Assembly (NCBI RefSeq): GCF_001194135.2
Contig: NC_068985.1
Span: 20,104,759 to 20,146,487, forward strand
Reading direction: 5' to 3'
Source of the DNA: Octopus bimaculoides
Lineage: Eukaryota
Length of the DNA: 41,729 bases
The notes beneath the pieces were generated by a model. It saw nothing but the letters and a program-made list of their open reading frames with translations. It did not search any database and was not told where the DNA came from. Position numbers and translations under genes: made by a program. Positions within the stretch are counted from its first letter, which is position 1, and every line of letters begins with the position of its first letter. Of this stretch, positions 1 to 11,217 are shown one piece after another.

Positions 1-200
1 GGATCTGCTATTATGTTGTTAAAGTTTTCTGCCAGCTTTTTATGCATTGCTGGCAGGTGTTTTAACCAGAAATTGGGGATCTTGTCGTGTCCAGGTGCTT
101 TCCAGTTGCTTAGTCTTTGCAGTGTCTGGGTGACCTCTTCAGTTGTTATAGGGGCCCAGAGTTGCTCAGGTGCTAAGTTCGTTGTTTTAATGGTCCTATC
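1..200 (-). mobile_element. Non-LTR retrotransposon RT fragment, R4/Dong-like (RLE clade); runs off window edge
   Basis: Hand translation of the minus strand from 200 to 3 is open: DRTIKTTNLAPEQLWAPITTEEVTQTLQRLSNWKAPGHDKIPNFWLKHLPAMHKKLAENFNNIIAD. The ITxEEV...NWKAPGxDxIxNFWLK motif is typical of the RT N-terminal region of R4/Dong-type elements. Not in the ORF track. Confidence 0.8.
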
Positions 201-201
201 A

Positions 202-203
<2 letters not shown>

Positions 204-260
<57 letters not shown>
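204..260. repeat. (ATT)19 / (TAA)n microsatellite between two retrotransposon pieces
   Basis: Direct reading. Confidence 0.97.
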
Positions 261-261
<1 letters not shown>

Positions 262-262
<1 letters not shown>

Positions 263-500
263 CGCTTTATCACAGGTTTTGTTGGAGCTCCTGGAGTCTT
301 GCATGTGTAGCGGGCTTACTACCTGCAGCCTACGGTACCATACTATTCATTCTTTTCATGTATATAATACTTTCCTGATTATTCTGGGCGTGCCAAGGAG
401 GCAAAACTTTTGTAACAGTTTCACTGGGCACTCTATTCCAATTTCCTTTATATTCCTCTTGATGCCTTATGATACTGTTTCTAAGGACCCAACACCATTA
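262..500 (-). mobile_element. 3' end (ORF C-terminus plus ~94 nt 3'UTR) of an R4/Dong-like retrotransposon, ending in a (TAA)n tail
   Basis: Minus strand reads GVGSLETVS*GIKRNIKEIGIECPVKLLQKFCLLGTPRIIRKVLYT*, with the stop at 356-358. This resembles the conserved (V)GALGT...LQK..LLGTARIIRKVL* end of RLE-type ORFs. The UTR runs into the TAA repeat. Confidence 0.7.
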
Positions 501-1055
501 AAGTGTCTCTAATAAATATACAACATAGTACTTGGACAAGGTGACATATGTGCTACCATCATCCTTATGGGAGATCTCAAGCGACTCGGAATAAAGTGGT
601 ATTCAAGCGATATTAAGCCTAGAGGTTCACTTTTGAATAGAATGTAGTTATTGTCGCTGAATAACATACTGACACAGTCGAAATGGTTGAAAAGTCCTGA
701 TGTTTTCGATTAGTATATAGTTAAAAGCTTGACATAGAAATATAGAAATATAGCTAAACTTTCATATGTAAATCAATTCTCACTTCAGGGCTAGTATCTA
801 AGTAGTTTTTCTTTGAAAATATAGCCAATTTTATTTTAATAGTACGTAACTAATATTTGTTACAGTAGCATTGCCGTATTATCAAAGGCCATGTCTTCTA
901 GCGACAACTTCTGTTAATTACCCACCAGGCTAGTTTTTTATTTCAGTAAGGACTCACAAAGTGAAAAACAAAAAATGTATATTTTTATACCGGAAAATAA
1001 AAATGTTAGAAATGGTTTCTGATTCTGGCATAAACCCGTTAATTTTAAGGTCGTG

Positions 1056-1208
1056 GGTAAGTTAATTGTATCGATCCCAGATTTTTTATTTTATCGACGG
1101 AAAGCAAAGTGGGTCTCGGCGACGAAATTTGAACCAGAACATAAAGAGCCGGAAGAAACACTGCTAAGCATTTCATCCGACTCGCTGACGATTCTACCTG
1201 CTCACTCC
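1056..1208 (-). mobile_element. SINE family A, decayed copy
   Basis: Similar to the copies at 2588 and 18645 (aaagtgggtctcggc..gaaatttgaaccagaacataaag..ctaagcatttc..acgattct). Confidence 0.65.
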
Positions 1209-1519
1209 ATTAAAGGCTTTAGAGATGAGAGATATCAAGTATCTCAACTAACCAACATCATATTAAATACAGGCTTTTACTTTTTTATTCTTAATGCATT
1301 TTCCTCTATTTTTCGATGTTGGCATGGATGAGATGGGTTTTAGAAATAATTACATTTCCAGATTACATATGCAATTTGCTGGAGCAATATTTAAAATTCT
1401 CTTTCAACTGCAAGTTCTTGAAAGTTCCAGATCAAGATTCCCGAATGTTACGGTTGTTATTTTACCCACAACTGTGGGCAATGAACTAGCAGAATCATTA
1501 AAATTGTGAGACAGAAATT

Positions 1520-1670
1520 CCTCGTTATATTTCTTCGGGCTTTTTCTGTTCTGAGTTCAATCCCAGCGAGATTAAATTTTCCTTTAATCCATCCCGGGCC
1601 GATAAAATAAACTACCAGTCAAATACTAGGGTCGATGGTATCGACTAAGCCCCTTCTCTCAAAACTTCAA
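1520..1670 (+). mobile_element. SINE family A, decayed copy
   Basis: B-box-like gttctgagttcaatccc, then gataaaataaactaccagtc..actagggtcgatggtatcgact. Confidence 0.6.
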
Positions 1671-2587
1671 ACTTTTAGCCTAATCAATATAATAAAATTT
1701 TATCAATTCTCATAATGTGAAGAACATGAATCAAACCTATAAAAATATAAAATATAAAATATGGCCTTCTGTTACAGAGTAACGCAGTTATTATCAATGT
1801 GTTAAATTGCTTATCCTATAAATAAATATTTGAATGAATCTTTTCTTAAAGTTTATTCCTCGTCAGCGCATTAAAGTTTCTGTTATTTAGCACCAGATCA
1901 GCTTTAGCTGAGAAGACTTATGGACAAAGACATCCCAGCCGCGACCGTCCCATGTTTCGCATATGTAAAACTATATACTCTCTAACGTGTCCCTTTTTTT
2001 CTTCAATATGACCGATGCAATATGAGGGAGATCTGCCGGTTAATTCTAGCAGGTCAAACGACCAAGTAGAGATACCGTCATCAACTCGAGTGCCAGAGAA
2101 GGCAAGTTGAAAGTAAATCGAGTCCGTGTACTAGCTTTGATTTCCAGATGAATATATTTCAATTGCGTCATGAACACCCTTTGATAAAACCCTATTTCCA
2201 CTCCATTCCCCATAAAAGAGATGACCTTGTCAGATACTTCTGAATTAATATTCGTATTTATAGAGCATCCATCTATAACGCTGATCCTTCGGCGTTTGTT
2301 GCTCGTATCGCTTTATTTATAACATTTATGATTTTCAGTAAGTTACGAGCTTCGTACAGTCACGAATTCCTCTTTCCCATAAACCAGAATGTTTGTACCT
2401 AATTAAGAAATATGATTTGTCTTTGATTTTTATGCTGCCATTAATCTGTTAACGGTATCATACAGAAGGATAGGAAGTTATAAATATGCAACATTGTTTC
2501 TCAGATGTTGTTAGATTAGTAAAGTAAGTTATAACATAATTGATGTGAGACATGAAGTTTTATTTAACTAATATTATGAATAAAGAA

Positions 2588-2803
2588 GGCGACGAGCTGG
2601 CGGAAGCGTTAGCACGCCGGGTGACATGTTTAGCGGTATTTTGTGTCTTTACGTTCTGAGTTCAAATCCCAGTGCGGTCAACTTTGCTTTTCATCCTTTC
2701 GAGGTCGATGAATCAAGTATCAGTTTCGTACTGGGGTCGATCTAATCGACTGGCCCCCTCCCCCAAAATTTTGGGACTTGTGCCTAGAGTAGAAAAGAAT
2801 ATT
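2588..2803 (+). mobile_element. SINE family A (tRNA-derived head), full length
   Basis: A-box-like TGGCGGAAGCGTTAG and B-box-like GAGTTCAAATCCC. 3' tail tgtgcctagagtagaaaagaatatt. More than 10 homologous copies in the window. Confidence 0.85.
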
Positions 2804-3682
2804 ATCAAGAAAAGGAGAGAACAAACTGTATTTAAATTAAATAAAATTAATTAAACAAATGTAGTGCCGCAGTGAGTTCGATCTTTGGCAGTAGAGCGAC
2901 AACTCTGGACATGTTTTTGCATAATTAAACCTGACCAGCGAAGCATTGTCTAAACTTTACTACCAGATGTTAGAGGATTGAAGAAACGTATAAATTTTTG
3001 TGAATGAACTCTAAACAGCTTTGTAACGAGAGAATGATCACACTTAATTTTTAATTATTTTAATAAAATTAAAATTCAGGAATTATCTCCTATTTCCTTT
3101 ACGACTGGTGCTGAGAAGAGGCATAATTTTAATCAACGTTGGTCAGCTGACTATGTTAGGCATGCTAGTACCCACTTTACTGTTTGTTAATCATACAACA
3201 GGTGTCTCTGAGTATCTTCCTGCAGTTTTTCATTGTTGATAGACTAAATAACTTCAATTAACTGTTCTATTTACTGATTCCAAACAAAAGCGATATAGCT
3301 AATTTTTTTTAGTTGTGAATAAAGTATTCAGTTACTATCAGTGAAAACCTGCATAGCTTTGCAAATATTTTCAATAACAAATGTATAAAATAAATTACAT
3401 AACTGAAACACAAAAATATAAAAAGAAAGAGTTTTAAAAATGCGTTAATTATCTTATTGAGTTCTTAAATATTCTGAAAGTACCAGATGTGTCTCTACAC
3501 AAGTTGGTAATTAGAGTTTGAGTAGCGATCCTGATTTTGCGAAATGTGAAAGACGAAACAATTACTGGCTTCTATAATGTGTAATTATTACAGATTCCAT
3601 CTGACGAAAATCTGTTGATATCTAAAGTACAATAGATCCCAACAACATCGGATACTTAACACAAAGAGAAATACCGACATAT

Positions 3683-3683
3683 A

Positions 3684-3744
<61 letters not shown>

Positions 3745-3775
3745 CCTACGTTATATATATATATATATATATATA
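3683..3775. repeat. (ATCT)n followed by (TA)n microsatellite
   Basis: Direct reading. Confidence 0.95.
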
Positions 3776-3840
3776 GCCATTTTTCGCAGGAGTAATTCCA
3801 TGGGCAAATACTTGGATTCTCTGATTCATTCTTTCTCTCC

Positions 3841-3842
<2 letters not shown>

Positions 3843-3893
<51 letters not shown>
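3843..3893. repeat. (CA)n microsatellite
   Basis: Direct reading. Confidence 0.95.
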
Positions 3894-3901
<8 letters not shown>

Positions 3902-3997
3902 GCACACATGTTTGTATGTATGTATGTATATGTGTAAGCTGCCTAAGAGTCCATAAGTCAAGCTAAAATGCACTCGTATATCTGTCAGTAGAGTGGG

Positions 3998-4402
3998 TAT
4001 ATTAATCGAAGTGTACAGTATTATATATCCATTACGGCTGATCTTAGCAACCAGTTTCACACTAGGGGTTGCGTTAAGAGATATGTGCCTTGGTATCAAA
4101 ACATCATCTCTGGGGATGGTTTTGATACAAGTCGGTGAGAATTGTCTGGAAAAAAATTCATGAGGAATGTATCTTTAAGGTTGGTGATCTTGTGGCAATG
4201 GAATATGTGTAGTGGTACTATATGTGTAGCCTTTGCGGAGCATCGTGGAGGTGGTGGTAGTTAGTGGTTGGGAAATATATCTGTGTTTCGTTTGTGTGTT
4301 TTTTTCCTTTTATGTTTTGGTTAATTCTAAATGCTCCAAGAATGAAAATGATTGGTAAGATCGGCCATCGGCCGTAATGGATATATAATACTGTAGACTT
4401 CG

Positions 4403-4411
<9 letters not shown>
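3998..4411. mobile_element. ~410-bp element bounded by ~49-bp inverted repeats (MITE-like or inverted duplication)
   Basis: 3998-4046 is the reverse complement of 4356-4411, with 3 mismatches and a 7-bp duplication (atcggcc) in the right arm. Internal hairpin at 4093-4128. Confidence 0.6.
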
Positions 4412-4438
<27 letters not shown>

Positions 4439-4808
4439 TCATTAGTAATATATTCAGCAGAAAAGGTGTTTCTCTGTATGTCCTGTTACGCATGCTCAGT
4501 GATGCACATCAACCGGTTATAACTTTTTCCAGACGGGGGAACATGTTTATGCGCATGCTTGAAGACAAAAATTACCGTTAACGCTATTTGAAATTTTTAC
4601 TTGGCGGATCAATCTTACGATTTATTCCTACAATTTGATTTGCTTTTGTGATATAAGACATCTAAAAATATTATTGCATAGTGTTTACTCTCCGTTTCTT
4701 TAATACTGATAATATTTTATTTTTATCGTTTCTCCGTAGAAAGAATTGTTTTTATTACAGCATATGTTTAGTTGTGTGTTATTTTTTCAGTTAATATATT
4801 TTATTAAT

Positions 4809-4953
4809 TCTCTCTTTTACTCTCTTTTACTCTCTTTTACTTGTTTCAGTCATTTGACTGCGGCCATGCTGGAGCACCGCCTTTAGTCGAGCAAATCGAC
4901 CCCAGCCTGTACTTATTCTATCGGTCCCTTTTCCGAACCGCTAAGTTACAGGG
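4809..4953 (-). mobile_element. SINE family B, 3' fragment with (GTAAAAGAGA)3 tail
   Basis: cttgtttcagtcatttgactgcggccatgctggagcaccgcc matches the reverse complement of the 3' end of the copy at 24064-24712. Confidence 0.85.
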
Positions 4954-5711
4954 TTAATAACTGCTTTGTAATATTTCATTTTTGCATTTTAGACTGATGC
5001 ATCACCTCTATATGTTCGTTCAACATGCTAAAAATACCAGCCACACTTTTTGAAGTACTTAAGGACCTCGAATGAATGTTTACCTACTAAGAGTGAGGTT
5101 TTTTTCTTGCTATCCGCATTTAAAAGAAATACATCTTAGCTGAAATTAAGACACATCCATATAATACTGACGTAAGTTTTCGATATATATAAGACAACGG
5201 CTTTTTAATGCTGAAATTGATATGATATGTATTTCATCCACGAAACCCTGGGTTGCTATTGTTCACAAGGGTTTTTGTGGTTCCTTTATATTATATGTGT
5301 ATATACATGTCTATAGCAATTGCAACCTCGAAGATATTTGTTAGTCATTCAAGGAAAAAAAAAAAGAACTGTTAGATTCACTGCAACATTTAATTTTCAA
5401 AAACAGTTACAGCATGGAAGATGATTATAAGAACACACAAAAAAACCATCGAAAATATTTTGACACAAATTAAATTTAAGTGTTGAAGTGAATCTAACTG
5501 CTTTTTGTGTGTTCTTAAATGGCTTACAATAATCTTCCACGCTGCAATTGTTTTTGTTTCAGCACACGATCTCAGATCAAGTCACTTGCTATGCAAGTAC
5601 ATCTCCGTAATTTAATTTTCATTTGTGTCAAAATTTTCGTTGCTCGACCGGTATCAGAGACGAACTTTATCCACGACAGACACTAGCTGACAGACCAGAT
5701 TTAACTGATAG

Positions 5712-6760
5712 ACTATAGAGCTTCAAAAGCCTGGATTACCACTTTGTCATATGTTGTTCATATTAAAAATAGATGCAGAACATTATGATAAATTTGTTTA
5801 TGCAGAACTTCCAAATCCACAAACACAACCAATTCTTTTTCAACATGTCATCAAAAGCATGCTACATGGTCCATGTGGAAGAGATAAACCCAATACAACA
5901 TGTATGGTTGATGGGAAATGTAAAGAAACATTTCCTTAAAGACTTTCAGGAAAATGCATTACACAGTTATAATTGCTATCCACTTTACCGACGTTGAAAT
6001 AATAGTTTTACATTTACAAAGTCTAATGTTGAATTAGATAATCGTTCAGTAGTACCATATTCCTCCTTCTTTTTATTAAAATATGGAGGTCATTGTAATG
6101 TAGAGGTGTGTGCATTTGTAAAATCAGTTAAATATATTAGCAAATATATTCATAAAGGTCATGATCGGGTGACAGTCAATATTAGTGGACAAACCAATGC
6201 ACAACAAACACACAAAGATGAAATTGAAAATTACATCAATGGCCGCTATGTATTCTCATCAGAGGCAGTCTGGAGGGTTTTAGGGTTTAAATTCCATGGT
6301 TCATATCCTGCAGTCCAACAGTTTACAGTTCATTTACCCGAACAGTAATACATTTACTTTAATGACGATGATGATACTGAACATGTTATCCACACACTTG
6401 ACAAGTCCACTCTCACTGAATGGATGTGAGTTAACTGGGAATCAGCAGCTAACTCATTGCACGTACATTACACTATACTGATTTTCTTGAATTTTACACA
6501 TGGAATAATAGTGAGAAAATGTGGCATCTTAGAAAAAATAATACACGCTCAATTGAGTGTATCTACTTTGTTTCGCCAAAGGAACAAGAGCTTTACTCTA
6601 TCTGAGAGCTTTACTATATCATATTCCCGGAGTTACATCGTTTGAAGATATGAGGACTATTAATGGTGTAATTTGCCATAATTACAAAGAGGCCGCAATG
6701 AAACTGGGTTTAGCACATGATGACCGTGACTACTATCGGAATATGAAATATTTCAGCTAT
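5712..6760 (+). pseudogene. Helitron Rep (HUH endonuclease) domain relic, frameshifted
   Basis: TIELQKPGLPLCHMLF at 5712 corresponds to Rep motif 2 (VIEFQKRGLPHAHILL). Downstream are HGPCG, CMVDGKCK..FP, YPLYRR, DNRSVVPY, KYISKYIHKGHDR (motif 3), DEIENYINGRY..SEAVWR, VHLPEQ and YLRALL..GVTSFEDMRTING..YKEAA..LGLAHDD. Several frameshifts and stops. Confidence 0.92.
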
Positions 6761-6869
6761 TCCATATTAGATGCGAAGACTTTTCTGCTCCATTCTTAAA
6801 TACTGCATGCATTCTATATGCATAATTATGTGTATATATTACACAAATATATGATACAATGTAAAATAC

Positions 6870-7078
6870 TCTTCTTCTTCTTCTTCTTCTTCTTCTTCTT
6901 CTTCTTCTTCTTCTTCTTCACCATCTTCTTCTTCTTCTTCTTCTTCACCATCTTCTTCTTCTTCTTCTTCTTCTTCTTCTTCTTCTTCTTCTTCTTCTTC
7001 TTCTTCTTTTTCTTCTTCTTCTTCTTCTTCTTCTTCTTCTTCTTCTTCTTCTTCTTCTTCTTCTTCTTCTTCTTCTTC
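6870..7078. repeat. (TTC)n microsatellite (>200 bp, runs into a gap) with two identical ACCATC interruptions
   Basis: Direct reading. Confidence 0.95.
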
Positions 7079-7658
7079 NNNNNNNNNNNNNNNNNNNNNN
7101 NNNNNNNNNNNNNNNNNNNNNNNNNNNNNNNNNNNNNNNNNNNNNNNNNNNNNNNNNNNNNNNNNNNNNNNNNNNNNNNNNNNNNNNNNNNNNNNNNNNN
7201 NNNNNNNNNNNNNNNNNNNNNNNNNNNNNNNNNNNNNNNNNNNNNNNNNNNNNNNNNNNNNNNNNNNNNNNNNNNNNNNNNNNNNNNNNNNNNNNNNNNN
7301 NNNNNNNNNNNNNNNNNNNNNNNNNNNNNNNNNNNNNNNNNNNNNNNNNNNNNNNNNNNNNNNNNNNNNNNNNNNNNNNNNNNNNNNNNNNNNNNNNNNN
7401 NNNNNNNNNNNNNNNNNNNNNNNNNNNNNNNNNNNNNNNNNNNNNNNNNNNNNNNNNNNNNNNNNNNNNNNNNNNNNNNNNNNNNNNNNNNNNNNNNNNN
7501 NNNNNNNNNNNNNNNNNNNNNNNNNNNNNNNNNNNNNNNNNNNNNNNNNNNNNNNNNNNNNNNNNNNNNNNNNNNNNNNNNNNNNNNNNNNNNNNNNNNN
7601 NNNNNNNNNNNNNNNNNNNNNNNNNNNNNNNNNNNNNNNNNNNNNNNNNNNNNNNNNN
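7079..7658. other. Assembly gap (others: 9367-9474, 16216-16621, 20985-21102, 24251-24433, 26160-26934, 31591-31907, 34898-35462, 37995-38086)
   Basis: Runs of N; nearly all abut simple repeats. Confidence 0.99.
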
Positions 7659-8399
7659 TATATATATATACACACATACGCATACATGCATACACATATG
7701 CACACCAAATGTAAATAACTAAGTATGCTTGATCATAACTTCATTTATTGGTATCTATAAGCTTTGTCTAAACAATAGATTTTCTTTTCATCATTTAATG
7801 ATAGATTAGCCACTTAATATATGATTGAAGAACGCACTCATTTGATCTCTATCGTCTCTCTTTCTCTCTCGTTAAATATTTGCCTGAAACACTGTTCTTA
7901 TCTGCTTATTTATTATCTTTTCCAACCGTTCTCCCTCAATGTATGACTAGATCAACGTACTCACTACCACGTTCTCTCTTTTTACTTAAACTGTATTTGC
8001 TCGTCATTTACTAACAGACCCTTTTACCTTTTTCTCTTTTCCGGAGACGTCACCAGTCATTTTATGATGCGGAGGAGTCAGCAATTTAGATAGAAAATAG
8101 CAAGTCTAGCACTTAACTCACGGTATGAGACAGACATTAACCTCATACTTACAATAATGTGGATGAAGAACACCCAATATGTATAATATTGTACATAGAA
8201 TATTTCATCCAAAATAATATTAAAGCAGCAATTGACTATATCTCAAGCAGACGTTTACTTGAGAATGGACACTGAGTTACAGATAGAAAACGTTACCACC
8301 AACGGTACACCCAAAACATACATGCTGACTTCACCTAATAGAAAACTCATAGCAATATTCTGTAATGGTGGAAACTGATAAAATAAACATCTTAATGAC

Positions 8400-9260
8400 A
8401 GATATCATAAGTGTGATGACGAATATGTCAACGAGGTGCCAGCTCCAAGAAAGGCAAAAACATACTCAGTATTTTGTCTTCTGAATTTCCCAATACAATT
8501 GTCACTGTTCACACCAAAATATAGGCTTAGAGTACATAAAAGAGCAAAGTAAAGGTTGGCTAACATTCTAAAAAATGATGCAGACGGTATATGTTCTTTA
8601 TACCACAACAAGTTTTGGAAAATAGTTGTTAGGGACAAAAATAAGGCAGCCCAAACCACTCTATAGCATGATAATAATGGTCGCAAATTTAGGCAAAAGA
8701 CCAGCACTTTGAGAGGGAGAGAGATAGTCGATTGCATTGACCCCAGTTTTAGACAAGGTATCATAATAATTAGATTGATAATGTAATGGTAATAAATAAG
8801 TCAGCTAATTATGAATTCGCTAATAAATTTTGAAGAGACCTCCCAGCATATTAATATAAAATCAATGTCAATCATTTGTAGGTCCTACTATTTTGAAAAG
8901 GATACTAGTGAAAGTGGTTGTAAATATGAGATGCAAACTCACATACCAAAAGAAAGGTTAGGATTACTGTATACTGTATAAGTTGCCTCGTAGAAACCTC
9001 TGCTAACTTAATTCGAACTTATATAGGAGTGACTGCTCGAGGTTTATGCGAGAGATTCAAGAGACATTGGAACAGATATACGAACAAAAAATTCCACTTC
9101 CATTTTTCACCAACACGCACTAGTTAAGCACAACGGTTCAGTTAGTATACTCCATGTAGCTATTATATCTATACATCCATGTGTTTTGATGCTTAGGCAA
9201 GCAACTGAATCAGTCTGCATATGAAGATACTTACTTAATCTCGGTCTAAAATAAGAATAA
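8400..9260 (+). pseudogene. Penelope-like element relic: RT thumb/linker plus GIY-YIG endonuclease
   Basis: From 8963: ITVYCISC...RTYIGVTARGLCERFKRHW (VY at 8969, YIG at 9020). After a +1 frameshift in the A6 run at 9086-9091 it continues STSIFHQHALVKH...MLRQATESVCI*RYLLNL. Upstream, NDADGICSLYHNKFWKIVVRDKNK resembles the PLE linker D..G.RPLYR...W motif. Not in the ORF track. Confidence 0.72.
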
Positions 9261-9474
9261 GGTAATAATACAACATACGCCAGAAATGTACACCCACCCA
9301 CTGTGTATATATGCATGCCTCTTTGTGGTGTGCATATGAATATATATATATATATATATATATATANNNNNNNNNNNNNNNNNNNNNNNNNNNNNNNNNN
9401 NNNNNNNNNNNNNNNNNNNNNNNNNNNNNNNNNNNNNNNNNNNNNNNNNNNNNNNNNNNNNNNNNNNNNNNNNN

Positions 9475-9524
<50 letters not shown>

Positions 9525-10674
9525 CTAGGATTGCATGTAAGCGTTTTGTGATGGTATTAGTAGGTACATAAATATATATGTGTGTATTTAGGTTTCTATG
9601 CATATATGCTTATATACATACATGTATATGTATGTGTATACGCATATGTGTGTATGTATGTGAGTGCGTAAATAAATGTATAATTTTATTATTGATATAG
9701 TTGTAAATTTATGCTGATTAGTTACTTTAATGTTTATACATATTACTTCCCGTTTAACTGTTTCTGATTCAATTTTTGTTCCCCAATCTTTGTATACTTT
9801 AACATAAACAGTAGAAACCAAATTTCTAAGACCTAAACAGTAGAAGAGAAACGATCTAATATACATTACGTTTTGTACATAGCGAACTGGATGGTAATAA
9901 AAAATAAACTAAAATAAAATAAAAAATACATAAAAGAAAGGAATGATGAAAGAAAACGAATGGAAAATGGTGGCATTAATAATACTATGTGGTAAACAGG
10001 TAAAAAATGCAAGCTGATGATGGCTAACGATGATCAAACTGTGATTGATGTCGCCGGGTCAAAATCAATCTATAAAATGTAACAAACATGTCTCTGAGTT
10101 CAAAATGAAAGACACAGATAAAATAAACAAAAGAAAAAAAGAAAAAAGCTAGGCCTAAGAAGTGGTATTAACAAACTTTTAAGTAAATGCAAGGGAACTG
10201 TTTCAGTGACCAGGTCGCAGATGCGCAACAAAAATGCTGACACCTCGTAAGATAAAATTCAAAGGCAATTTAACAATATCGCGTGTCTTTAAATGATTCT
10301 TTTACAGTATTATTGTTTTTTCTGTATATCTAACAAAGCATTTGTAAAATTTGAACAGCAACATTTTGTGAATGTCAGGTGGATCTTAATTCATTCCTTT
10401 TCTTTATTCTGCCTTCAAAACACGAATTATTTGAAAATATAAATAGAAGTGAAATCGTTACTGGATATTTATAATTAAAATATAAGAAAATTACAATGAA
10501 ATTCGCAGATCTTTTTATACTTTATAACCAAATATCTTTACAGTTATGCATTTTCTGACAAAACCGGAAGCTAGAAACATATGCAGGTGGTAACGAAAAA
10601 TTTTAACCATTAAATATTAATTCTGGATTACTTAAAAACCTTGAGCCATTCATTCTAAATGTGTATACAAACAA

Positions 10675-10848
10675 ATATTCTTTTCTACTCTAGGCACAAG
10701 GCCTGAAATTCGGGGGAAGAGATCCAGTCTATTAGACCGACTCCAGTACGCAACTTGTACTTAATTTATCGACCCCGAAGGGATGAAAGCAAAGTCGACC
10801 TCGGTGGAATTTGAACTCAGAACGTAAGGACAGACGGAATACTGTTAA
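10675..10848 (-). mobile_element. SINE family A, 5'-truncated
   Basis: ttttctactctaggcacaaggcctgaaatt...aaagtcgacctcggtggaatttgaactcagaacg. Confidence 0.85.
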
Positions 10849-10944
10849 AATATACAAGCATATATTGAAATACACACACTCTCTCTCTTTGTCTCTCTCA
10901 CGTACAAACTCATACATATATACAATTGTATGTGCTTGTATACA

Positions 10945-11009
<65 letters not shown>

Positions 11010-11046
11010 TAATAATGATAATAACAATAATAATAATAATAATAAC
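10945..11046. repeat. (AAT)n microsatellite
   Basis: Direct reading. Confidence 0.95.
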
Positions 11047-11217
11047 GATAATCCTTTCTACTATAAGCACAGAGCCTGATATTTTGAGGGAGGAATTAGC
11101 GTATACATACAGACACGTATGAGATGCGTTGTGGGGCTACTTATGCACATCTTGGCAACACTTTATCTTTTGAAGTTCCTACTGTCCCTTTTCTCTTTCT
11201 TTTCTCTTTCTTTTCTC

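Noticed and set aside
2345-2402. Minus-strand AG followed by VQTFWFMGKRNS*, resembling a nucleotide cyclase C-terminus, with a downstream AATAAA
   Set aside because: Only 12 codons, no upstream exons found, and AATAAA is common in this AT-rich DNA.
6818-7714. Long ORFs of poly-F/K/E/R and X, and similar ORFs across other gaps and CA/TA/AG/AAT tracts
   Set aside because: Artefacts of microsatellites and N runs; no coding signal.
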